Shown piece by piece: positions 1 through 18,029 of a DNA stretch of 64,000 nucleotides. Every line of letters starts with the position of its first letter. The first letter of the stretch is position 1. The notes beneath the pieces were generated by a model, which was not told the DNA's origin, searched no databases, and was given only the letters and a program-made list of their open reading frames with translations. The position numbers and the translations under genes are program-made. The stretch is from NCBI RefSeq assembly GCF_009914755.1, contig NC_060945.1. One strand, given 5' to 3'. The stretch comes from the human T2T-CHM13v2.0 reference genome, Homo sapiens.

Positions 1-1972
<1,972 letters not shown>

Positions 1973-2352
1973 TTAGATTAGGCAAAAAAATTTTTAATAA
2001 AAATAAATAAAAAATATTCTATTTTAAGAATGGTATAGAAAGACAATTTGACGCATTAGAGTAGTTGGTACTTAGCACATACAATATGTTAGGCAAGGTT
2101 CTAAGCCCCTTAGACATTTATGGACAGAATATGTAACAGTACAATAAATAACACAAAGGTTCATCGGCAATGACAAATTGACATATTTTCAATCATATTA
2201 GATGATAGCTAAACCATTAACAAATTTACTGTTTTGTTTCATAATAAAAAACAAGGTTAAAAAGTTTGACTAATTAGGCATATGGATAAATGGGCAGCAT
2301 TTTGACCAGTAGACAGAGGATACACATTTTCAAAGACCAGACAAAATTATTT

Positions 2353-3442
2353 ATTTATTTTTGGGGAGAGAGAACAGTTTTATTAACTGAGGATACAGTG
2401 GAGTCTTCTCCCTGGGAGGTGAGATCTTCCACTGGTTACCCCCGCCAGGGCTTCAGTGGGCGCCATGCGATTCAGCGCTGGACTCCGCTGGGGGCCGGGC
2501 CTTGGAGAAGGCGAACTGTGCAGGGAAGCAGCAGCTCTGGGGTCCTTACCGCCCGCTCCGCCCAGCTGCACCGGGTCTCCTGGTGCTCCTCAGGCTCCTG
2601 CCGAGTCTGCGTCTCTGGAGGGCAGCGAACCATCCTGCCCAGAACCTTATCCTGACAGCCCAGTTTGATGCAGGTCAGCCATTTCTGCTTCCTCCCCTCG
2701 GGCTGGACTTGGCACTTGGGTTTCTTCCAATCCTTTCTCCGGCCACTTCTCTGTCTGCCGGAGCTTAAATTTCAGCCTCACACATGTTCCAGCTGGGAAG
2801 GGCGTGTCCAGGGCGCCATCCACACTGGTTTTCTGGAAATCCTGCTGCACTGGCTGGTGCTTGTAGATTCCTCCAGGACCACCTGCAGGCCCCGGCGCTG
2901 GGCCCCTGAGCTCGGACCCGCCCCCCCCACTCCCGCGCCCACCCACGGGGCCAGCGAGATCCACAGCCCTCTCAGTCTTCCCCTTTCACCCCCGCCCTGC
3001 GAAGTGGGTGTGCACCCCTTAGTTCTCCGAGCCCGCCGGGAGCCACCTCCTCCCCTGCCCCTGGGGGTTCCATGCCCGCAGAACGCTGGGCAGAGGCGAA
3101 TGAACCGGGAAATGTCCCTTTCTCCACACTGACCTTGGAGTCTGTTGGGTCCTCTCCACTCCCTCCCACCCTGCCCACGCTGTTCCCTGGGGCCCTCAGT
3201 TTCAGCAAAATTCCCTGCCGCGCCGGGAAGCTGTCCTGTTTCCCCCTCTCACCCTTCTTCCTTTTCTGGCCCACTCTCTCTCCCCACTGGGTCTCCGACA
3301 CGACCCTCTCTCCTCCTGGCTGTCCTGGAGCCCCTCTTTGCTTCCCCAGCTCTGTCCCCTCTCTGACCGCTTCTCCCTCCCACCCCCGACCGAATCTCCT
3401 GGCTCCCACGGGGGGACCCAAATCCCCAGGACCCAGGTCAAC
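2353..3442 (-). pseudogene. RARRES2P: Processed RARRES2 (chemerin) pseudogene with ~470 bp GC-rich 5' extension
   Basis: Minus-strand translation YKHQPVQQDFQKTSVDGALDTPFPAGTCVRLKFKLRQT matches recalled chemerin HKHPPVQWAFQETSVESAVDTPFPAGIFVRLEFKLQQT. CDS (~2490-2975) is intronless, frameshifted and has lost its ATG. AATAAA at 2379-2384(-), A-tail remnant ~2347-2362, candidate TSD cagacaaaattattt (2338-2352) / cacacataattattt (3443-3457). Confidence 0.92.
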
Positions 3443-3499
3443 CACACATAATTATTTTGAATGGGAAGACTTGAATTCATGAAAGAAGGAATCCATCTG

Positions 3500-5545
3500 G
3501 TTATACTTTAAATAATTTTGAAATGATAATAGCAACTATCAATTTAAAGTTTAACCAGAGTTCAGAATACCCACCATTTTACCACAAAGAAAAAAAAAAC
3601 CTGTTATAACTAACCAATTCAGTAAATTTTCAGGATACAATATTAACATATGAACATCAGGTGCATGTTTTTACAGTAACAATAAAATATCTGAAAAAGG
3701 AATAAAGATAATTCCATTTACGATATTATCAAATAGAATGGAACACTTAGGAACAAAGTGTTGGAATGGAACACTTAGAAAAAAGAATATGAAAAATCAG
3801 CATACTGAAAACTATAAAATGTTGAGGAAAGAAAATGAAGAATACAAAATGGGAAATATATCCTGTATGCATGGATTCTAAAAATATTGTTAAAATATCC
3901 ATAGTACACAAAGTGATCTACAGGGTTAAATAAATTTCTATCAAAATTTTAATGCCATTTTATTAAAAATGCAGAACAACTATTTTAAAATTAGTATGGA
4001 ATCACAAAAGACCTCAAATAGCCAAATACTGAGAAGAACAAAAAGGCTGGAAGCCTCCCACTTCCTGATTTCAAACTGTATTACAAAACTATAGCCATCA
4101 AAATAGTATAGTACCTACATAAAAACCAATATAACAGAATAGGGGACCCAGAAATAAACTCACAAATATACAGTCAACCTATCCCACAGAATAGAGAAAG
4201 GATAAACACATCAAGGAGTGGTGTAGGAAAAACTAGATATGCAGAGACAAAAAGTACACCTTTCTCTCATACCATCACAAAATGAATTTGAAATGAAATA
4301 AAGACTTAAACATAAGAACTGAAATCATGAATCCTCTAAAAAAATGGGGAAAAACCTCCTTGACACTGGTCATGGCAATGATGCTTTGGATTTGGCAGCA
4401 GGAGCGCAGTCAACAAATGCAAAAATGAACAAGTGGAACTATGTCAAAGTAAAAAGTTTCTGCCCAATAAAGGAAACAATCAGCAAAATATAAAGGCATT
4501 ATATGAAATGGGAGAAAACATTTCTAAACCATAGGTGGGATAATATGTTGCTATCCAAAACGTATATCATACTATTCAATACAAAAGAAGAACCCACAGC
4601 AGAATTAAAAGCAATTTCTTGATTAATAATTGGGTAAAATATATAAATAGCAATTTTTCCAAAGATATACAAATGGCCAATAGATATATAAAAAATGTTC
4701 AACATCACTAATTATCAGAGTAATTAAAATCAAAATCACAATGAGGTATCACCTTATCGTGGTGTTTGGATACCTATTATCAAAAAGTCAAAGGATAAAA
4801 TCATTAGGGTGCAGAGAAAAGAGAACACTTGCACACTGTTGCTGAGGATGTCAAATGGTGCAGCTATTATGAAAAACAGCATGGAGGTTCCTTATAATTT
4901 TTAAACTAGAACTACCATTAATCCCAATTCGGAGTATATAGCCAAAGGAAATAAAGTCAGTATCGTCAAGGGTATCTGCACTCCTCTGATACAGATAAAT
5001 AAATAAACTGAGAGGTATATAATTTCAGCTTTAATAAAAAATGAAACTTTCATTTACAAAAAATACTGATAAATTTTGAACATATTATGCTAAGAGAAAG
5101 CTTAAGCTGAATACAGAAGGACAATTACTGCATGATCTCGTTTGTATGTAAAATCTAGAAAAGCAAATAAAAATTAAAAAGTCATGGAAAGAGAGTAGAA
5201 CGGTGGTCCCCATGGGCTAGTAAGAGGGAAAGTGGGGAGATATCCATGGAAGGGGTTCACTTTCAGTTATAAGGTGAGTAACTGCTGGGGACCTAATGTA
5301 CACAATGGTGACTATAGTTAACAATACTGTGTACTTGAAATTTGTTGCAAAAGTAGATCTCAGGTTCTCTCAACACACACACAGAAATGTATTAACTATG
5401 TGAGGGGACACATATGGTAACTAGCTTAATTGAGATAATTTAAAGATGTATACACATCTCAAAACCCTCTTGTACACCCTAAAAATATACACTTTTCAAT
5501 TTGTCAAACATAGCTCAATGAATGGAGAAAAAAATAGGAGAAAAA
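3500..5545 (+). mobile_element. Old LINE-1 (L1MA8-10-like) ORF2 3' half and 3' UTR
   Basis: Degenerate ORF2 sequence; L1MA-type 3' end '...gtagatctcagg...cacacacac...aactatgtgagg...ttgtacaccctaaaaatatac...tttgtcaa'. Confidence 0.8.
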
Positions 5546-5608
5546 ATATAAGAGTGACCAGCAGGTCATATCTAGCCACTTGGAAACTCGATTTAAAACA
5601 CTCTTGGC

Positions 5609-9021
<3,413 letters not shown>

Positions 9022-9039
9022 AAAACACTCTTGGCCACT

Positions 9040-11650
9040 GTTTCCAGCTCAACTCGAGAACAGCCAGAGCGCTTCTGGCCCCTGAACTTCGACGCTCCTC
9101 CCCCGGCCCCAATGGCTGGCGAAGGTACAATCCTTCCCGGGATTCCAGGCCGCGAAGATAGGGCAGGGCCATCGCAGTCCCCTTGCTCTTTGCCGCAGCC
9201 CCGTTAGGCTTCGCGTTTCGTGGTGTCCAGGCCGCGGAGGCTGCCTGTGGCTGCCCGTGCGTCCCCGTGGCCTGTGGCTCCTCAATTCTGCGCTTCGGCC
9301 CCGCGCAGCCCCTTCGAGGCTGCAGCCGTCTTGCGCCCGAACTCAGGGCCCCGGGCCCGTTCCCCCCGCCAGCGCCTTCGCTTTTGCCGCCCCTCCCTCT
9401 CCCCGAACCCCAGCGGGCCCCCAGAGAAGGAGGGCGGAGAAGCTGGAAAGCGACTGCGGAGCTGCCGGCGGCAGGTGCGGGAAGGGGAGAAGCTGGCCTT
9501 GCACAGAAAGGCTGCTCAGAGCGACACGGACAACGGCCAGGAGCTCCTCACGCAGCTGGAAGAACTCAGTAACGTGCTCCACTGTGGGGGGAATGGAGAT
9601 AATGAAAGTGTGATGTAGAAGTACTCACAGAGAACCATGATCCTTGGTCAATCTCAGATTATTATTGTCAGACCTACTCTAATGATGTTAGTCTTCCAAG
9701 TAAAGTGAGTGACTGAACTGTCAGATCAGCAAGATCAGGATATTGAAACTCCTGCTTTGAATTCTTAAGACCAATTACAAATGGAAAATGATGCTCACCC
9801 TTCTACTGATAAAACAGCAAATGTTGAATGTAGACAAGAGGGTCATTTGCCTCAAATTCACAGGAGCCAGCATCTGCATTAGCAGCACAAGATATATCCT
9901 TAGAAGGTCCGTCATTAGCTGGAAGTTTGAGAGCTACAGCAGAAGCGGCTTTATCACAGACTGGATTTAGTTATGATGAAAATGCTGGACTGTATTTTGA
10001 CCACAGCACTGGTTCCTATTAAGATTCTGAGAATCAAATCTCAGATTATTATCAGACTTACTCTAATGATGTTAGTCTTCCAAATAAAGTGAGTGACTGA
10101 ACTTTCAGATCAGCAAGTTCATGATATCGAAACTCCTTATCTTATCATATTCACCCTGACGTGATAGCTGTGTTGGATGTGAACCAGGGTAGGTTAGAGC
10201 TCACCTTTTCCTTGATAAGAAAGATGAATCATTTGTTGGTCCAACATTAACTAAGAAGGAAACGAGTTGGAAAGAAGAAAAGGATTTTTAAAATATATGA
10301 GTAAAATATGGTTTACAGAATACAGACTATGAAGATGATAAGATACTAGAGAATGTAAACTATAACGACAGAGCTGGAAAACATAGGGAGCAGATTGGAA
10401 GCGAAGGAAATTTCCAAAGAGATGATGCTCCTGCATCTGTTCATTCTGAAATTACTGATAGCGACAAAAGTCAGAAGATGTTGAAAAAGATGTGTTGAAA
10501 ACAGGAGAAGGCCTGGGGAATGATGGTGGGAGAATAAAAACTCTGATACAGCTTCAGCTTCGGCAGACACATGCAGGATTGGAGACAGGCAAACCATCCT
10601 CAATTAAAGAGGCTCACCTTCTCCAAAACAACAAGAACAGAAACTAGGACAAAGCACAGGAGAGGTTTGCTGAAAACTTTCCAGAAACTAAACTTCCAAA
10701 AGATGACCTAGGAACCATTCCTTGGGTAAAAGAGACTGAGGAGTGAAGGTTAATCACAGAAGAAAACTCAAGCTTTTTTAAAAATAGAGTTTGGAAACTC
10801 TTATTTTATTGCAGAACGTTTCTCCTCAAAAAATTCAGTGGCACAAGAAAACTATGTCACAATTTACCCCTTCCTGATTCAGAAATGTGTAATAAAGTGT
10901 GGTTGGCAGCTTTTAAAAAAACACTTTTTAAACTAATTATTAGTGCCTGAATTAAGTTATACAGTAAGTGAACTAAAGTTCACAGGGCACAGATAAGTTT
11001 ATCAAACTTTACTATTTTATCTTGTCATTTACAACATCCATATAAGCAATTAGCCATATAAGCAAAATTCATATAACCACTTAAATGTACATTTGTCCTT
11101 GTCTCCATATATTCATACTAAGATGCACAGAAAATACAGCAAAAGAAACATTGAAAGTCAATAAAAATAAATCTGACAATATACATTTTTTATGCCCTTC
11201 AGGACCTAGATACAAAAAATGTTGAGAAAACATGGATAGTGGTGCATACATTTTCTAATATGTGAATAGCCTAAATCACATGAAAGAACTAATGAACGGT
11301 GACATGTCATAGAAAATTCATCTTTTATTGTTTTCTTTGATGAAGAATCTGAATTTGTTGATATGTACTATACATTCAGCATTTGTATTTGGTTTGTTTC
11401 ATAGCTAATGATATGTTTATACATGAACAAAGAGTACAGTGTTGAAATAGTCTGTGTGCTGACATTCATAGTTTTTAAAAATACCATTGCAGGCAATGAA
11501 GTTGTGCCAGAAAAATCTGATTTCTTGTACAAAAGGAATACTTAGCCAGGGCCTCAAGCTCAATATATTTATTAAAAATGTCCTACATTGCCATAAAAAC
11601 ATGATAACGTTAAATAATTTATTTCTATAAATTAAGAATTAAAAATAAAA
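9040..11650 (+). pseudogene. AGGF1P: Processed AGGF1 pseudogene with internal deletion/duplication
   Basis: 'LRSCRRQVREGEKL...NGQELLTQLEELSNVL' resembles the AGGF1 coiled coil; 9960-10036 encodes TGFSYDENAGLYFDHSTGS..DSENQ (OCRE start); 10140-10746 is the C-terminus with G-patch (FQRDDAPASVHSEITDSDK..GEGLG; PWVKETEE*). No introns, many stops/frameshifts; 3' UTR end approximate. Confidence 0.93.
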
Positions 11651-12929
11651 ATGATATCTTTTATGGATTAAGGAAGTGCTGATGAGACAGAATGGCGATT
11701 GAAGACAAAAATTCCAAATTCAGGTAAATAATTTTACTCATATTTGTTTTATTTTAGAGAAAACAATACTTTTGACCATATACTATTTATTGCAGTGGAG
11801 TATTTCAAAAATATATACACAATATATAATTAATTTTCTAATGGCATAAAAGTAATCACATTCTACAGATTATTACAATATGGTCTATTGATGAGAGGGG
11901 TGTTTCAAATGAAAAAACTTGGAATTTCTCATGAGATAGTGATAGATGCCATAGAAAATCTCTGTAAAGTATTTCACTCATATATGCAACTATGGATATT
12001 TCTGCTTTTCAGAAAAATAATTTACTTTAAATACTTAATGCAGACAATTAAAATCACCAAGAAGTTACAAGAATTCACAGAATGCCTAATATAGTTGAAA
12101 TGAAATTAATAAAATTTCCCAGGACTGGAAGTAAATAAAGGTAATGAGCTGGAGAAGAAATCAACCTAACAGGCCAGGGCTCCACTCAGATGCGTCTGAT
12201 CACAAGAATGTCAGGTCCATGTGGGTTGTTCCCTTCTGACAAGGCAAATGGAATAAACAAAGAGGAACTGCCTGCAGGCATTGGAATGTGGTGTCTCCCA
12301 TATGTGATGATTAAATTATAGATTATGTTGCACACAAAGAGATGAGCTACTGGGGTGAAGCATCAGAAGAAATATGGCACATAAATCTCAGATATTGAAT
12401 TTACATTTAAATGTTTAAGTCAATATAATGGAAAAACAAGAAACCAAAATAATGTAGAAAGAAACTACGAGCTTGTCAAGTTATCTTTGGAAAAGAGGCA
12501 AATGAAAAGTAAAGTATTGAAAGTGTTGTAAAACAATTTAATGTACAACATATAAGTTACATATTAAAATAGGCTGAGCCGAAAAGAGGACTAGTAAAGT
12601 GAAATGCTGATCACAATTAATGTAGTCATATATGTTATACAAGGCAAATTAATAGAAAATATAAATATATTTATATATGAAGGTTAGATTGAGAGGAAAT
12701 AAAAGACATTCAATTGTTTTACTAGACTCTTTAAACAGGAAGGCAATAGTCAAAGAATCAGTGACTCGTAAGTTTCAGAAATTGGAAACCAGACATGAAT
12801 CCTTTAAAAGTTTAGGGTGTAATATATGAAAAAAAGGTAAATTAAGAAATACTAAGAAGAAATAATGGTTTTGGTTATTATGAATACTGCTTAAAAAACA
12901 TGAAAGTGCAGTTATCTTTTTGACTTGCT

Positions 12930-13820
12930 TGTTTTATTTCCTTTTGATATAAACCCAGTAATGAGATTGCTGCATCATATGGTAGTTTTATTTGTAATTA
13001 ATTGAAAAACCTCCATGCTGTTCTCCCTATAGAAATGGGAAATGATTATAGTAATTTACATTCCTACCAACAGTGTATAAGGGCCCATCTACAGAATGAA
13101 TAAAGAAAATGCTATACACACACGCACACTCACACGCACACACACACAGGAATAATGTTCAGTCATAAAACAGAATGAAGTTCCGTAATTTGTGTCAACA
13201 TGGATGACTGTAGAGGACATTATGTTAAGTGGAATAAGCCAGTCACAGAAAGACAAAGACCACGTGCTCTCACTCATGTGACATCTGAAGAAGTCCATCT
13301 CATACAAGTAGGGAGTAGGATTGTGGTTAACATAGGTTATCGATGGCAGAAGGATGAGAGAGTGGGGAGAGCTTTGTCACTGGGTACAAAATTACAGTTA
13401 GGAAGAATAAATCCTGGTGTTCTATTACACAGTACGATGACTATAGCTAATAATAATGTACCGTTTATTCTATAATAGCTTGAACAGAGGATTTTGAACT
13501 TTATTAGACAAGGAAATAAATATTTAAATTTTTAAATATGCTAATCACTCTGGTTGGATCACTGTACAGTGTAAAAGGTACAATGTGATGCAGTGAAACG
13601 TGATATAATTAACACTTGATAATTATACATGTTTACGGAGTATAGTGTGGTGTTTCACTGCATCACGCTGTACCGTGTAATATGATGCAGTGAAACATAA
13701 TGTAATTAACACATGAAAATTATACACGTTTATGGAGTACAATGTGATGTTTCACTGCATCTCACTGTACCGTGTAGTATGATGCATTGAAACATCACAC
13801 TGTACCCCATAAATATTAAT
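12930..13820 (+). mobile_element. Short old L1MA with inverted 5' part (antisense ~12930-13085, sense ~13085-13820)
   Basis: Antisense L1 'gatataaacccagtaatgagattgctg...ttacattcctaccaacagtgtataaggg' joined to sense 'cccatctacagaatgaataaagaaaatg...' and an L1MA 3' end. Confidence 0.75.
13575..13815. repeat. 97-bp-period duplication with internal inverted arms in the L1MA 3' end
   Basis: tgatgca(g/t)tgaaac at 13586, 13683, 13780, alternating with its reverse complement gtttcactgcatc. Confidence 0.85.
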
Positions 13821-14021
13821 GGTTCAGCGAGGAACTCTGGGACACAGAGCAGCTCCGGGTTAGCCATGACCAGGAGCTTCACTTGTGTGAGGTAGCGAGA
13901 GGGGAATGCCCCTGTACTCAGCTGAGAGTTGGCCCCGACCCCATCCACTTTGACTGCTGGGTGCCAGCAGAAGTCAGGGACCACTAACTTCAGGCAGAGG
14001 CAGGAAGCAAGGTCATTGCAT

Positions 14022-14103
14022 CTTTTTTCTTTTTTTCTTTTGAGAGAGTCTCACTCTATCACCCAGGCTGGAGTGCAGTGGCGCGATCTCGGCTCACTGC
14101 AAC
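14022..14103 (-). mobile_element. Truncated Alu right-arm fragment
   Basis: T-tail then gagagagtctcactctatcacccaggctggagtgcagtggcgcgatctcggctcactgcaac, ending abruptly. Confidence 0.9.
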
Positions 14104-14104
14104 G

Positions 14105-17100
14105 TACTTAGAGGTGTACTTCAGAATCACACCTGCAGGAATCACACATAGAGGTTTACGTCAGAATCACATCTGCAGGAAGGTCCCTCGGTGAGATTAA
14201 CAAGCCCACATAAGTGCCAGTTCTGGGTATGAGAGTCAAGGCCTCCTGTATGTTGCATCTATGTACATAAATCACAATCTCAACGGTGGAATGGATTTTT
14301 CCATGACAGCCTTAATGTCTTTTGAAAACTGAGTTATCTTACTGTAGTCACAGCCTCACAAGTGTTTTGGATCTTGGTCAGGGAGTCACATACTCACTTG
14401 TGGACAACATCCACTTATGAGAGCCAATTTTCCAACTTTTGACTGCCTCTGGGTGTGAGATTCAAAACCTGAATCATGGGCTGTGTTCATGTGGGAGAAT
14501 GACAATTTTGACTGATGGCTGGGCTCAGGCAGGAGACTTTCATCCTGCAGGTGTTGAGATAAATGATATGTCACAATACACAAAATATGCTGGGTGCAGG
14601 CAAAAGAGGAGATTCATATTAGCTGGTTACTAGGTCCAGTTATATGTCACGTTTTTGGCAGGGCTAAGGCAGAAGAGGAGAGTCAGAGCTGAAGAAATGT
14701 CACAATGTCCCTGTGGGCAGGGCCTACGCATAAGAATTACATCATGTAGTCATCGAACCCAGCCATATATTACAATACACAATGTATACAGGACCAAGGC
14801 AAGAAAGGACAGTATATCACATAGGTACTGGGTCCAGCAATATGTCACAATACCACCTGAGGGGAGGCTCCAGGCAACAGGGTAACATTACCTAAGTGAA
14901 GTGCCCAGAGAGATGTTTCAATGCCCCTGGTGGGTAGGATTTTGAAAAAGGACAAGTTACAGAACCTAGGGGCTAGGCATAGCTATGAGCCACATTCGTC
15001 TCCAAGACGGAGCTCAGACATGAGAGAAAAGTTACATCTTGTAAGTACTGGGCAAAGTAATATGTCACAATCCTTATGTGAGCAGGCCCTAGGAAGAAGT
15101 AGAGAGTCACATAGTCTAGTTGATGGGCCCAGAGGTATTTGACAATGACTCCTGTAGGTAGGAACCAGGCAAAAGAATCACTTCACCTGTGTGCTGTGCC
15201 CAGTTACAAGTCACTCTTCCCTCTGTGGACATGACCCAGGCAGGGAGAAGAGTCACATCATCCGGGTGCTTGGCCCAAAGATATGTCACAATCTTTCATA
15301 TGGGCAATGCTCAGGTAAGACAGGAGAGTCACATCAAATAGGTGAAGGACCCACAGGTATGTCACAAGGCCTTCTGTGAACTTGATCCAGGCAGAAGATT
15401 CACAGCAACTTGGTGCTAAGCCCAGCAACATGTCACAATCCCTTCTGTGTAAACGGACCAGGCAGGAGAAGAGAATCACATTACCTGGCTGATAAGTGCA
15501 GAGATATGTCACAATGCCCCTTGCAGGCAGGGCCCAGGCAGAGGAGTTACAACACCTGGGTAGTGGACCCAGCAATATACTGCAGTGTCCCATATGGGCA
15601 GTGCACAAGCAGGAGATTCACATAACCTGGGTCCAAGGCCAAGCTATATATAACGCTTCCTGTGGGCAGCGCCAAGGCAGAAGAGGAGACTCACATCACC
15701 TGGGTGCAAGGTCTAGCGATATGCCAAAATGCTTACTGTGGGCAGTGCCAAGGAAGGAGAATAGAGTTACACCCTCAATGTGCTGGATTCAGCAATATGT
15801 TAATATCCATATCTGTGGGCTGGGTCCATGCAAGAGCGTCAAGTCACTCAGGTGCTAGGCACTGGGAAATTTCACCATGAAATCTGCAGAATCGTCCAGG
15901 AGTAAGATTAACAATCCCACAACTCTCTCACTTGTAGGCATGACATTCAACACCTCCTGTATGTTGGGTCTAAGCCCACGAGTAACCATCTCAACACCAG
16001 ACTGGATCTGTGCATGAAAGCCTCAATTCCTCTGCACACTGTGTCACCTTAGTGAAGTCACAGCCTCACAGTTGTGCTGAATCTTGGTCTGAGAGTCACC
16101 AACCCATGAGTATCCATATATAAGTCATTTCTTCCCACCTTTGACTGACTACAGGTGTGAGATTCAGAACCTCAACAGTGACCTGTGTTCATGTGAGAGG
16201 ATGACAATATTTACTGTTGACTGGATGTGCATATGAGTGCCACAATCTCACTTGTGTGCTCGGCCCAGTTAGCACTCTCTGTGTACTACCCAATGGTGCT
16301 ATACAGTATGAATGAAAGTTGCAATCAACTTTGAGACCTTCCTGCTGGTAGGGACCCATGATCGTGTCTGTGGCATTAAACCCGGGTATGAGAGTCAACA
16401 TCATTACAATTAACTATGTCAGGATAGGAGACTCCTCCCTTGTCTATAAGCTGGGCTTAGAAATGAGCCACCATTTCAACTCTGGTTGAATGTTTATATA
16501 TTAACACTGGCCTAACACCGAGGTGATGTGAGTCTTTGGCCTAGACACTTCAAGCAGGAGGCAATGTGACATATCTCTGGGCCTAACAACTATTTGATGT
16601 GACCTGCTTTTTTACCTGAGCGTTTCCCATAAAAGAGACGTGACGTGACATATGTCTAGACCCAGCACCTAGGTGATGTGACTTTCCTTTTTTGACTGAG
16701 CCCTGTGTATTTTGGGTATTCTGATATATCACTGGACCTAACATCTGGAAGACAAGAAGATCCAGCATGGGCCCTGCCTAAAAGTTTCTTGTGACATATT
16801 TCTACGTTAATACCTTGGAGATGTGACTCTCCTCTCTTACCTGGGCTTTACCCATAAGAGAGATGGTTACATATCTCTGCAACAAGCACCTAAATGCCGT
16901 GACCCTTCTTTCTTGCCTGGGTCACGCCCACAGATGAAAGGGTGGCTAATCGCTGTTTCCAGCACACCAGTTATGGGATTATTCTGCCAGATCTCTGCTC
17001 ACAGGAGTCATTGTGACATATCCCTGGGCCCAGAAACTATTTAATATGACTCTTCTCTATTACCTTAACTTCGTGTATAGGATAAATTGTGACATATTTC

Positions 17101-17178
17101 TGGGTCCAGCACCTAGGTGATGCAACTCTCCTTTTCTGCATGGACTATGCCCCCAGGAAGGAGGCTGATTTATTGCTG
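14105..17178. repeat. Diverged beta-satellite-related (BSR/Beta) array, ~70-bp units
   Basis: Recurrent 'gagtcacatcacc(t)gggtgc..ggccc..gatatgtcacaat' units at 14560-15900; reverse-complement units 'tgtgacatat..ctgggcc..cacctaggtgatgtgact' at 16520-17160. Confidence 0.85.
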
Positions 17179-17552
17179 TGTTGACAGCTGATGTGATACC
17201 TCGGTTCTTGTCTTCTTAGTTTATAAGAATTTAAACAAGAGACACACAGAAAAGAAGTACAACATAATTTATTGGAGAAGAAAAAAAATGTTTGAAAGTT
17301 AAATGCAGAATACAGTACACCATGAGAGAGATATTCCAGGGCGGGCTGCTCATAAGAGTGAGACAGTGTGGATTGTCGCTGGAGAAACCCCCTTATGGGA
17401 GTTTTACGTTATTATTAATAAGAAAAGGGGAAGAGGAGCTGTTAGTAAGCCTGTTCTGAGTGGTCTATTGGGTGCACATGTGCGGTAGCTGTACATGCTT
17501 GTTCATATGTTGCATGTCTCATTAGCATCTTAGACCTGTAGCCAGGAGTGTA

Positions 17553-17851
17553 TTTTTGTTTGTTTGCTTGAGACAGAGTTTCACTCTGTTGCCCAGGCTG
17601 GGGTGCGGTGGTGCAATCTCTCCTCACTGCAACCTCTGCCTCCCGAGTTCAAGCCATTCTCATGCCTCGGCCTCCTGAGTAGCTGGGATTACAGGCATGC
17701 ACCACCAAACCCGGCTAATTTTTGTATTTTTAGTTGAGACGGGGTTTCACTATGTTGGCCAGTCTAGTCTTGAGCTTCTGGTTTCAAGTGATCCATACCC
17801 CTCAGCCTCCCAAAGTGCTGGTAGTACAGGTGTGAGCCACCATGCCCAGCT
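17553..17851 (-). mobile_element. AluSx/Sz-type element inserted in the LTR
   Basis: Full dimer; flanking TSD-like gg(a/g)gtgtattttt on both sides. Confidence 0.95.
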
Positions 17852-18029
17852 GGGGGGTGTATTTTTGCTATTAAAATAAGCAAAAGTTAAGTTTGAGGAC
17901 AGGTAAAATCAAAATGCACGTGCTCTCTAGAACAGAAAGTCCTTAATGAAGATAACTTTGCTTGAATGAGCCCAATTACAATGCGAATGCTAAAGCTTAT
18001 TGTTTTGGCTGTACAGTCGCCAGTTTCAA

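Noticed and set aside
2290-3482. Multiple overlapping 70-157-aa ORFs as novel genes (also 9049-9618 and 31317-33092)
   Set aside because: GC-rich pseudogene sequence read in off-frames or antisense
13822-14020. Short GC-richer unique segment, possibly another pseudogene fragment (e.g. CLUH-related)
   Set aside because: I could not recognise any translation; needs BLAST
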